Shown piece by piece: positions 1 to 10,300 of a stretch of DNA of 32,916 nt (position 1 is the first letter of the stretch; every line of letters begins with the position of its first letter). The notes beneath the pieces were generated by a model. That model worked only from the letters and a program-made list of their open reading frames with translations. It made no database searches and had not been told where the DNA came from. A program made the position numbers and the translations under genes. Source of the stretch: Prasinococcaceae sp. CCMP 1430 (Eukaryota > Plantae > Prasinodermophyta); the NCBI GenBank assembly GCA_013416795.1, contig RQSC01000023.1, positions 260,035-292,950 on the forward strand. Reading direction: 5' to 3'.

Positions 1-77
1 GCGGCTCGCCCGCCAAGCCCGCCTGCGCGGCCATCGCTCCGCGAGGCGCGCGCGGCGGCAGCTGCGGCGGCGGCAGT

Positions 78-103
78 GCGCGCGCGCGCGCGCGCGCGCG
101 CGC
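78..103. repeat. (GC)n dinucleotide microsatellite, one of many in non-coding DNA
   Basis: Long alternating GC run; similar runs near 5538, 19097, 26085, 27321 and 29556. Confidence 0.85.
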
Positions 104-796
104 TGTGGCCTTCCTCCTCCCCCCCCATCCCATCCCCTGGTCTCCCCGGGCGCACACGGCGCGTGGCGGCCTGGAGCACAGCGCGGGAAAAAGCAGAGGC
201 GAGCCTGGCAGCGCGGCCGAGTCGGAGGCGCGGCGCGCGCGCATCCGCCAGGCAGGTGGCACCTCTTGCGCACCAGGTGCCCATAGGCGAGCGTCGGGAG
301 GCGAGCGAGCGCCGCGCTGGGGACGTTCGGCTGGCAGGCGGTCGGGGTCGGTGGCAGGTTGGAGGAGGGGGCAGAGAGGGCGTGCTGGGGCGGCGCGCCG
401 CGTCTGCGCTCGCGTTCGTGCTGGGTGTGCACGCAGGAGCGGGCACGTGCGCCCGACCTCTCTCTCTCCCTCCGTCCCTTGAAGGCGCGCGCGCGCGGGG
501 GGGGCGGGCGGGGCCGAGCGATCTGCACGGACACGCCGGTGGGTACAAAAAAGGGGCGTCTCGTTAAGGCGGTGAGGGGCAGGCGCGCCGCGCCGCCTGG
601 CAGGCCTCGCCGCCTCGCCTCGCACACGCCTGCGCGCGGGCGCCGCGCGCTCCAGGCGGCCGCTTCCGCTCGCGCCTCGTGTCGCAGCGTCACTGCTGCC
701 TCCTCGCAGCGCGCGCCGCTCGCGCGCACCCGCGGCGGCGGGGGAGCGTCGCTCCCGGCGCCGCCCTCGCCGCTCGTGCGTCCGCCCGACCGCGCC

Positions 797-1894
797 TCAC
801 GATATGCGCCGCAGCACGTACTCGATGAGCCCCTCCAGCGAGTGCCTCGACTCGGAGGGCGGCAGGCAGGCGAGCGCGTCGTAGGCCATTTGGCCCTGCT
901 CGCGCGCGAGCTCCATGGCGGATTCGATGCCGCCGGCCTCCTCGACCAGCGAGATGGCCTCCTCGAGCGTGCCCTCCGTGAACTCGGACTCGACGATCTC
1001 GCGCAGCCGCTCGCCGTGCGCCTCGTCGCGCAGCGCGTAGATGGCCGGCGCCGTCAGGTTGCCGCTCGCGAGGTCCTGGCCGGCCTCCTTGCCGAGCGTC
1101 GCCGTGTCCTGCGTGAAGTCCAGGATGTCGTCCACCACCTGGAAGGCCAGCCCCAGGTGCTTGCCGTACGCGTACATGGCGTCGGCGTACTCGCCCTCGC
1201 TGCCCTCCGGCACGGCGCCCTCGCCGCTGCTGTCCGCGCCGAGCAGCGCCGCCGACCGGCAGCTCGCCGCGAGCAGGCTCGCCGTCTTCCAGAAGGACTT
1301 GTCCAGGTAGTCCTCCATGGTGAGCTCCACGTCGAAGAGCGCCTGCGCCTGCCTGATCTCGCCGTCCGCGAAGTCGGCGATCACCTCCGAGATCAGCTTG
1401 ATCACCTCCAGGTTGTCGAGCTGCGCGAGCCCCCAGGACGCCTGCGCGAAGAGGAAGTCGCCCACCAGCACGGCCACGCGCGTGCCGTACGTGCTGTTGA
1501 CCGTCGCCGCGCCCCTCCGCAGCTCGCACTCGTCCAGCACGTCGTCGTGCACCAGGCTCGCCGTGTGGATCATCTCCGTGATCTCGGCGAGCGAGCGCTG
1601 CTTGGGCGCGAGCCCGTGGTCGGCCGCGCACGCGCGCGAGGCGAGCAGCACGAGCGCCGGCCGCACGCGCTTGCCGCCGGCGTCGAAGATCTGGTCCGAC
1701 GCGGCCATGAGCATCGGGTGGCGCGAGCCGACGAGCTCCTTGAGGTTGGCCGTCAGCTGGCTCATGTCGTCCGCCACCGGCGCGACCACCGCCGGCAGCG
1801 CGGGCGCCTCCTTGGCGAGCGCCGAGCGCAGCTCGGAGAACGTGGGCCGCGGGCGCGGCGGGCGCTTGGTGTCGATCTGCTGCAACGCTCCCAT
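797..1894 (-). CDS. SPS: Solanesyl diphosphate synthase (trans-long-chain prenyltransferase); 5' end uncertain
   Basis: [29 protein letters not shown] (first Asp-rich motif), GDFLFAQ, KTASL and [11 protein letters not shown] (second Asp-rich motif). First in-frame ATG before the conserved domain is 1894; stop at 797-799. Confidence 0.92.
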   Translation of the reverse strand: MGALQQIDTKRPPRPRPTFSELRSALAKEAPALPAVVAPVADDMSQLTANLKELVGSRHPMLMAASDQIFDAGGKRVRPALVLLASRACAADHGLAPKQRSLAEITEMIHTASLVHDDVLDECELRRGAATVNSTYGTRVAVLVGDFLFAQASWGLAQLDNLEVIKLISEVIADFADGEIRQAQALFDVELTMEDYLDKSFWKTASLLAASCRSAALLGADSSGEGAVPEGSEGEYADAMYAYGKHLGLAFQVVDDILDFTQDTATLGKEAGQDLASGNLTAPAIYALRDEAHGERLREIVESEFTEGTLEEAISLVEEAGGIESAMELAREQGQMAYDALACLPPSESRHSLEGLIEYVLRRIS

Positions 1895-1906
1895 AAACAC
1901 CACACG

Positions 1907-2398
1907 ATGGGCCGCACGGGTCGCATCAAGAAGAAAGCGAAGATGAGCGCGCGCGAGGTGGGCGCGCGCGCGTCGACGGTCTTCCACCTGACACTCGCTC
2001 AGGCCGTGCTCGACATGGCGCTCCGCATGCTCGCGGAGCAGCAACAAACTTCCGCCACCATCGCCACAGCCGGGGCCAAGGGCCGGCCAGGAGTCGACGG
2101 GGCTGTTGGTCTGACGAACCTGATGGAGAGCGATGGCGCAGCGAGGGAAACACTGCTGGCGCACCTGCACGGCTCGGACTGCGTGCGGCTAGCCGCGAGC
2201 TGCCGCTCCGCGCGCGTCGCTGTGTTGGGCTCGCGTGCTGCAGAACTGCGGGTCATACACTGCCTCGCAGAAGAGAGGACGCTAGGAGAGCACGCGTGGG
2301 CCTTCGACGCGTTCTACATGACTCCACGCCGGGACTCGAACGCCCGCCATTTGCGGCGTGCGCCGGAGTCCCGTCCGCAGCGGCTGGCGTGGACTTAG
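1907..2398 (+). CDS. Hypothetical protein with a weak F-box-like segment
   Basis: Open frame from ATG 1907 (alternatives 1943, 2015) to TAG 2398 with non-repetitive composition. [23 protein letters not shown] resembles an F-box pattern. Confidence 0.4.
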   Translation: MGRTGRIKKKAKMSAREVGARASTVFHLTLAQAVLDMALRMLAEQQQTSATIATAGAKGRPGVDGAVGLTNLMESDGAARETLLAHLHGSDCVRLAASCRSARVAVLGSRAAELRVIHCLAEERTLGEHAWAFDAFYMTPRRDSNARHLRRAPESRPQRLAWT

Positions 2399-2689
2399 CA
2401 ATAGAAGGCGGCGTTCCGACCACGTTGGGTCGCGCATCGCGCCGTAGTGAGTGCCCCTTGAGCCTTTGCAGTCCGCGCACACGTAAATGGCTCTCTCTGG
2501 CACGGCCGCCACGACCACGCGGTCTGGTCGAGGCTGCGTTGAATGCGCCTGTCCTGGCCACGAGCCGCGCCAGCACACGGGCGCGCTCACCGGCACGTTC
2601 GGAGCGACGCTGTGAGCTATCGGTGGCAGCAGAGCGATCGGTGGCAGCACGTGGGCCTGCGGCACTGCTTTCTTGGCAAGGACATATTC

Positions 2690-3741
2690 TTAATTGACAA
2701 GGCCGGCTTGCTGGCTGACAAAACCGAGGTGCTCGAAGATCGTCTCGCCCGACACAGCCTCCTGGACAAGCATGCCTATGGCGGCAAACATGGCCAGGCG
2801 GCCGTTGTTGAGCTCTTTGGTCTGCAGGTCGGCGATGAAATCGGCGTCCTTGTTCTTCGTCAGCCTGAGCGGGTCGAAGCCAATATCGCCGATCACGGCA
2901 CCTTCCTCGATGTCACCATTCGTCTGGAAACCACCCTTGGCGGTCTTAAAGACGCGTGTCCTCGTCTCCTCGAAGGCCCAGAAGACGAGGAACCAAACCG
3001 GGAAGGCAGGCTGCGCCTCGGTGATCTGCCCGATGTGGTTGATAGCCGGCCCCGAGGCAAACTTGGAGAGGCCGAGCATCGAGTACTGGCTACCGGCCAC
3101 GGCCTCGCCGACGAGAATGCCAATGACCGCGCCCATTGCCAGGCGGCCGTGCGTGACCTCCGCCTGGCGCCACTTGCGGACCGTCGCGGGCGAGACGGTC
3201 TTGGTCATGTTGAAGGGGTCCAGATAGCCATATTCGGTGGCCGAGTCGTCCCACGGGCGCGTGATTCCTGGCAGCGCAAGCGCGGCCGCGACTCCAGCGG
3301 GCAGGTCGGCAGTGCCGGCCGCCGACCCCTCCGAGACGCTGGGCGCGGCGGCGGCGGATGGCTTAGCCTCCGTTGTCTCCACGGCAGCGGTGTCCTCTTC
3401 CTCGGACGCCGGCTCCTCCGTCGCCTCAGCTGCAGCAGCAGCAGCCTCCTTGGGCGCCGGTTCCTCGCCCGCGTCCTCCGCCTCATCATCAGCCACCTCC
3501 TTGGCGGCGTCCTCGGTCTCGGCCTTGTCCTCCACCGTTACGGCAGCAGCCCCCTCTGCGGCGGCGCTCTCCTTCGCGTCATCCTCGCTCGCTGCCTTGG
3601 CGACCGTCGTCACACGCAGCGCGCGGCGACCGCTGATGGTCGGGCGCGCCGCTGCGGGGCGCGAGGCGGCGCACGCGACGCGCGCACCGCCTTGCCGCCA
3701 AGGCCGTGCAACGAGAGACCGTCGGCGCCGTCCATGGGCAT
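2690..3741 (-). CDS. LHCSR: LHCSR/LI818 (LHCX) stress-related light-harvesting protein; start uncertain
   Basis: LPGIT.P, WRQAEVTHGRLAM, GPAINH, GDIGFDPL, LQTKELNNGRLAM and IFEHL follow the LHCSR/LHCX consensus. Transit-like VACAASRPAAARPTISGRRALRV upstream. Nearest ATGs (3735/3741) are out of frame. Confidence 0.88.
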
Positions 3742-4030
3742 CTGCTCGAATCGGCGACTGTGGCGCACGCGCATGTGCGATTGCGCATGGCGGTGTCAGC
3801 GCGCACGCGCGCGCGCTTCCGCGTGCGCGCGCCGGTGTGCGCGCGTAAAGACGTGCGTGCTGCACACCTACGAGGGCGTACGGTGCGCGCGTGCTCACTC
3901 ACGCGCGCGTGTTTGAGCGCCCTCTCACCTCTCCCCGCCCTTGCCGTCCTCCATCGCCTGCGCGCGCTTTGCCATGCGCTTCGCTGCCCCACCGGACGCA
4001 CCGGCGGCGCCCGCGCGCAGCTCCTCCGTN

Positions 4031-4949
4031 GCGCCGCCGCGTGGCGCGCGCCGCAGCTGAGCCCGCGACCACGGAGGCGCCCACAGCCGAGGCCGAGGAG
4101 CCTGCCCCCGCGCCGCCCGCACCTGCCGCTACGAGCACCGCTCTCGTGCCCATCACCAAGGGAGGCGTGCCCGTCGTGCGCGGCGAGTTCGACGGCGCCT
4201 TCAGCCCGACGAGCATGCGCAAGTACTGGTGCACCACGCCGGCGTCGACGGTGCCGACGGACGCCCTGTACGGCCCGGGTCGCGAGATTTACCCCGACCG
4301 CTGGTTCCCGAACGGCCGCGCCGAGCATCTCGACGGCACGCTCGCCGGCGACTATGGCGTCGACCCCTTCCGCCTCGGCCTCGACAAGGACGCGCTTGCG
4401 AAGTACCGCGAACGCGAGGTGCAAAACGGCCGCTGGGCGATGCTGGCGGTGGTAGGCACGTGCGTGCCTGAGCTGTACGCTGATAACTTCTCCAACGCTG
4501 ATAGCGCGCTCTGGTGGAAGGCCGGCGCGGACATCCTCGGCGACGGCAAGATTGACTATCTCGGCAACCCTGGGCTGGTGCACGCAACCAGCCTTCCCGC
4601 TATTGCCGTGTTCCAGTTCTTCGCCATGGCGGGCATGGAGTCATACCGCAAGAACGGCGGGCCGCTCGGCAAGGCGGACCCGAATGACCCTGTGAGCCGC
4701 CTCTACCCCGGTGGCAAGTTCTTTGACCCCCTCGGCCTGGCTGACGACGCTGAGGTCTTCGCGGAGCTGCAGGTGAATGAAATTAAGCACTGCCGCCTTG
4801 CGATGCTCGCCTTCATGGGCGAGGTCTTTCAGGCGGGGATTACTGGCGAGGGCCCCGTGGCAAATCTGCGAGCGCACATGATGGACCCCAAGCTCAACAA
4901 CATCATCGACAACACCGGCGCGGCGTACGGGGTTCGCGGGTGGTGGTAA
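4031..4949 (+). CDS. Divergent LHCII-type (Lhcb/LHCBM-like) chlorophyll a/b-binding protein; 5' end at the single-N break at 4030
   Basis: LDGTLAGDYGVDP, EVQNGRWAM, DYLGNPGLVHA (LHCII lumenal loop), MESYR, LYPGGKFFDPLGLADD, EIKHCRLAM, TGEGPVANLRAH; stop TAA 4947-4949. Confidence 0.9.
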
Positions 4950-5286
4950 ATCTGCACGGAGACGCCACGAGGCCTTGCAGCTGCCCCCCCCAGGCCCACG
5001 CGTCGAAACGTAAGTTTTGAGCTCGAACGATTCGCACAACATGAAAGCGAGCGCGCGCTTCCCGCAGAAGTGCCTCTCCTCGTCGGAGCCGGCCGCGTCC
5101 CGCCCCGACGACGATCCCGGCGAGCGCGGCGGCTCCCCCGCCGGCCCGCTCGAGGAGCGCTCGCTCGCGCCCCCTCGCGCGCGGTCGCTCACCGCCGCGA
5201 TCGAGCGGCTGCCGAGGTCGTACTCGCCCGTGGTTATGCATTACCATATTATGGGTCAGGAACGTTCCGCTTGTGTGCAGGGAGAA

Positions 5287-5333
5287 CAAATGCCAAATGG
5301 CAAATGCCGCGTCAAACGACAAATGGTCAAATG
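5287..5333. repeat. Cluster of five CAAATG motifs
   Basis: CAAATG at 5287, 5294, 5301, 5320 and 5328. Confidence 0.8.
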
Positions 5334-5560
5334 CCAAAAGGCACACAGTCAAACAGTAGTACTGACCTCCCAACGCTGCGGCAAGTACAGTATGCTGTCA
5401 GACGGTGGTGGGGTGTTGACACGCGTGCTGCAGCGGCAGCGGCAGCGCCAGCCGCAAGCACCACAGCGCGCGCGCGCGGCGTGCACCGGCGCGCGGGCCA
5501 GCGGAGCGCGGCGGCCGGCAAGAGGCCGGTGATGCGGGCGCGCGCGCGCGCGCGAGGCTG

Positions 5561-7093
5561 ATGGCGTGCGAGGCGGGGTCGCGGGCGGCGACGGCAGCGC
5601 TCGCTGCGGCGCTGGTGCTGTGCGCGCTGGTGGTCACACCGGCCGCAGCCAAACGCGGCCAGAGCGAGAGCGACCGCATCCGCATGTACCACGAGAACCA
5701 CGGCAATGAGTGGCCCTTCGACACGCCATTCAACTACCGCGACCCGCGCGAGCTCGCGCAGCGCGAGGCCGAGGTGCTCGCGATGGACAACATGCAGGAC
5801 AGATGGGATATGTGGATGTACGTGGTGCCAGCGCGCAGCGGTCTTTGAGGTCAGACCGCTGGCAGCGCGCCCGCCTTCGGTACCTCTGCTCGCCCTCGAG
5901 GATCAGTGCGCATTGCCGAAAGGACTGTCTGGACTGACCGCGACGCTTGTCTTGGCGCGAGCTGAAATAGGCGCTTCAGCCAGGAGATGATGACGCCGAA
6001 TATGACCGCGAAAGGAGTGCAGGTGGAAGAGTTGCCCAAAGATATCATGCGCAAGCTGTACGACTTCGTGCACGACAACATGGATAAAATCCAAAACGAG
6101 GGGGACGAGTTCGAGAAGGCCTCGGCCATCACGTCCAGAGCTGCGTATCCAGGCCTGCTCGACTTGCCACCAAGCCTGAAGCATGAGATTGCGGAGGCGC
6201 TCAAGCCCATTCATGAGAGGTGGTGCAACTGCAAGCTCAAGTTCAACGCGCTCTACGGCATTCGAGTGTACTACGAAGGTTGCGTCTTGGCATGTCATCT
6301 CGACCGCACCGAAACGCACGTCGTGAGCTCTATCATGCACATCGCGCACGATCTGCGCGAGCCGTGGCCCGTCGAGATCAAGGACCACTTTGGCAGATAT
6401 CATTCAGTGAACCTCGACCCTGGGGAGATGCTGCACTATGAGAGTGCCAAGCTTGTGCACTGCAGGGGCACGCAGCTCAAGGGGTCATGGTATGCGAACG
6501 CCTTCATCCACTACGCGCCGGTGGACTGGAAGGAGACGGTGGACGACACAGAGGTCGCAGTGCCGCCGTTTTGGCAGTATGGCGCGCTCAACGTCCCCGA
6601 TCCCAAGTCCTTCCCAGCTTTCGCCATGCTCAACGGCACGACTCCTGGCAGCCCCGAGCGAGAGCAGATGATCGTTGACACTGTGCGCCGCCAACGTGAC
6701 CGCCGCGGCATGCCGCGCGACCCGCTGATCGACCCGACCCGTGAGGCCGACGAGGAGGCCGCGCGCCTGCGCGAAGCCGCCAATGCGATTGTCCGAAAGG
6801 GAGCCGGGAGCTCAGCTGGCGCCGTGTCGCGCCGCTCTGCGATTGAGACGAGCGCGCGTGTTGGGCGCGGCGGCGGCGGCACCGCGCCGCTACCCGAATG
6901 GCGACGCTGGGCGGGATGGGCGCTCATCGGCGCCGCCTTCGTGGCGCTCGCGCTCGCGACCCTTGCCCGCGGCCCTGACCTGCTCGCAGCCAGGCGCGCG
7001 AGCAGAGCCGAGTGGACCGCCGCCGGCAGCGCGCTCCACGGAGGTGATGGCTTGCCCTTGCACGCGCAGAACGATCTCGTGAAGGACCTGTGA
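5561..7093 (+). CDS. Membrane-anchored 2OG-Fe(II) oxygenase-like protein, copy A; exons 5561-5817 and 5971-7093
   Basis: N-terminal signal peptide; YGIRVY...CHLDR (HxD)...YESAKLVHCRG (distal His); C-terminal TM helix. Removing intron 5818-5970 (GTACGT...GACTGAC...TAG) gives WMRFSQE, matching WVRFSQE of the paralog. Confidence 0.8.
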
Positions 7094-7327
7094 TGGGCCA
7101 CGGCTATCGCACGGGCGCTAGTGGACGCAGTCGCGGGCAGCCGTCCGCGCAAGAGCGAGAGCGCGCCACCGCGAGCTGCTCTAGCCTGTGAGTTCTCATG
7201 AGCACGCACCCCTGAGTGGTAAGATACAGCGAGTTCTAACGCAGCGAGGAGCTGGTGACCGAAGACGCGCTCGTTACGACGCGCGCTCGACGCGCATTAT
7301 GGCGAAAGACGCGGATGCGCAACCGCC

Positions 7328-10300
7328 TCACTCGCCGCGGCCCGCGCCGCCGCGGCCCGCGCCCCCGCGCGGCCTGCCGCGCCCGCCTCGCTGGGCGCGC
7401 TTCTTGGTGGGGCCGGGCTTCTTCTCCTCGGCACCCTCGCCGCCCTCGGCGCCCGTGTCTTCTGGCTGAGCAGGGGGAACAGGCCGCCTGGGCTTCGAGC
7501 TGACGAGGGTGACTATCTTGCCCTTCTTCTTCTCGCCCGCGACCTTCGGGGGCGGCGCGGTTGGCCCCGCGTCGGCCTTCGCGGCCTTCGCGGCCTTCGC
7601 GGCCATTGCGGCCTTCATCTTGGCGATGGCCTCCTGCTTCGCCTGGGCCTCGACCTTGGCCTTGGCCTCCGCGGCCGTGGGATTGACCGCGTCCGCATCG
7701 GTCGCGGGGGCGCTGGCCTCCTTGTCCGCGGCGGCCTTGGCCGCCGCCTCCTCTGCGCGCCGCTTCTTTGCTTCCTTCGCCTCGATCCTCTTCCTCAGCG
7801 CCTCCTTCTGCTTGAGTAGCTGCTGGCGCAGCTTCTCCTCCGCCTCGGCGGCCTCGGCAGCCTCGGCGGCCTTGGTGGCAGCCGAGGCCGCAGCGGCGTC
7901 CGCGCTCGGGCCCGCATCGGCACCCTCCGTCGTGACGGCCACGGGCGCGGCCTCCTCCGCAGGGGTGGCTGGCACATCCCCCTCAACCTCGTCCGCAGCA
8001 GGAGCAGGGTGCTCCTCAGCGTCCGCGGCGGCGACGGCCGCGTCCACTGGCGCGATGGCCTCCGCAATGAGAGCGGATGCCTCCGCGGCGACAGCAGCAT
8101 CAGCATCAATCTCAGGAACCTCTGCAGCGGCGGCGGCAGCGGCGGCAGCCTCTGGAGCTGGCTGCTCAGCGCCAGCCTCGTCCTCGGGTGCGACCGGTTC
8201 CTCGTGCTCGGTGTCGGCGCTCTCCCCTTGCTCCGTGTCCGCGGGCTCGTCGCCCTCCTCTTCAAGGGTTTCCTCGCCAGCATCATCGTCGGCTTCCTCC
8301 CCGCCGTCCTCATCGTCCATTTCCTTGTCGTCGTCGGCGTCTGCCTCCTCCTCATCAGCATCGGCCTCACCCTCCTCGCCGTCATCCTCCATCTCCTCCG
8401 CTTCGTCCTCGTCGGGCGGCAACACGGCTGGGGTGGCCTCGGCGATGGGCTCGGCGACCTCCGGCTCAACTTCCAGCTCAGGCGGCACCGCCGCGGGCTT
8501 GGGCGCCGCCGGCTTGGCTGCTTCGGCATCGGCAGGCGTGGCGACGACGGGGGTACCGCCAGGCACAAACTCAGCCGCAGCTGCGCTCAATGTCGGCCGT
8601 GCGCGCTTTGCCGCGGGTGTCGTCTCCTCAGCGGCCGCATCCTGCTGCGCCTCGCCCTCATCCTCAAGCGCACGCTTCTTCGCCGAGGGCTTCGGCACGC
8701 TCGGCGCGGATGCAGGCACAGTGGTGGCGGTCGCGGGAGGTGCAGATGTTGGCGACGGTGCGGCTGCCCCGGGATCGACGCGCGGGCGCTTGGCACTAGG
8801 GCCAGCCTCCTGAGCAGGGGGGATAGATTGTGCCGCACCGGCAGCGGCGGCGGGCTGTTGCAAGAGCTGCTCAGTCCGCGCCTTGAGCTGCGACTCGGCG
8901 AAGGATGCGAGCTTGGCCTCGAGGCCAGCAAGCTGCTTATTCTTGTTCACGATCTGGGCCTCGAGCTCCTTGATCTTCGCGTCGTCGAGGGCCTTCGTCT
9001 GCCTGGCGGACTTCACCCCCTCCATGGCCTGCTTGCGCTGCTCAGTGCGCTTCTTGACCAGCTCGCCTTGGTTCTTAAGCATCAGGTCCTTGCGCGCCAG
9101 CTCGGCCTCAACGGTCGACAGCTTGCTCTGCAACGCCTTGGTGGCCGCCGCGTCGCCCTCACCCTTGCCCGCGGCCAGCGCATCGAGATCCTTCTGCTTG
9201 GCAGCGAGGTCTTTTTTCTTGGCCTCAAGCTCAGCGGTGAGGCGATCCCGCTGAATCTTAAGGCGAGCCGCCTCTCCGCGTGCCTCCTTGATGAGGGCCT
9301 CCTTGGCCTTCGTCTCTTCTGCAGCCTTCGTGCTCTCTGCCTTCGCGGCCTTCACAACCTCCTGCTGCGACGAGAGCTCCGCCTGCACGCGCTGGTATTC
9401 CGCCAAGTCAACAGACTTGTACTTGTCAAGGAGACCCTGTGCGCGGCGCTGCCACGTGCGAGCCTCCTGCTTTGCGCTCTCGACAGCGGCCTGGGCAGCC
9501 TCAGCCTCCGCAGCGCGCTTGGACGTCTCAGCAGTCGCCTCAACAAGCTTCGACTCTTTCTCCGCCGTAGCGTCCTTAGCAGCCTTGAGCGCCTTGGCCA
9601 GGCGGCCAGCCTCAGCGCGCAGCGTCGTGTTCGACTCGCGCAGCAGGTTGAGCTGGTCGAGCTGCGCCATGGTGGCCTTGTGATCCTCGTCCGCCTGGAC
9701 CGCAGCGCGCGCACGCGCAGCCTCTCGCGCAACCTCGGCGCGCGCTTCGTCTGCGGCCTTTCGAGCCGCGGCAGCCTGACCTTTCCAGCGTGCCGCCTCC
9801 TGCTCTGTCAGGCTGAGTTTGACCTCAGCAGCCTCCTTCTCGCGCCGCAGGAACGCCACCACCTCCTTGAGGTCCGAGCCGTCACCCTCACCGCCGGCAG
9901 CAGCCCCTCCCCCGCTTGCGCCGGGTGTACCGGGCGCGCCGAGGGAGCCCTCGAGGCGCTTCAGCAACGTGGCATTCTGGGCGGACACCTCCGACGCGCG
10001 CTTGTCCGCCTCAGCGGCGGCCTTCTCGGCAGCACTGACGCGCGCCTCGACGTCTGCGACAGCGGCCGACCGCTTTGCCTCGGCAGCTTCGAGCTCGCGC
10101 TCAACCTCAGACACCTTGCTCTCTGCAGCCGCCAAGGTCTTCTCCGCCTCGGCAAGGCGGCGTAGGTCCTCCCCGTGGGCCATCACCTCCCTCTCATAGG
10201 CGGTCTGCGCATTGCGCCACTGCGCGTGCGATGCCTCTACATCGTTGGTGAGAGCATCAATGCGGCTCTCAGCGGCAGCAAGCGTCGCGCGCACCTCATC

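Noticed and set aside
1-34. Possible start of a minus-strand gene (ATG 34, MAAQAGLAGEP)
   Set aside because: Too short within the window to support a call.
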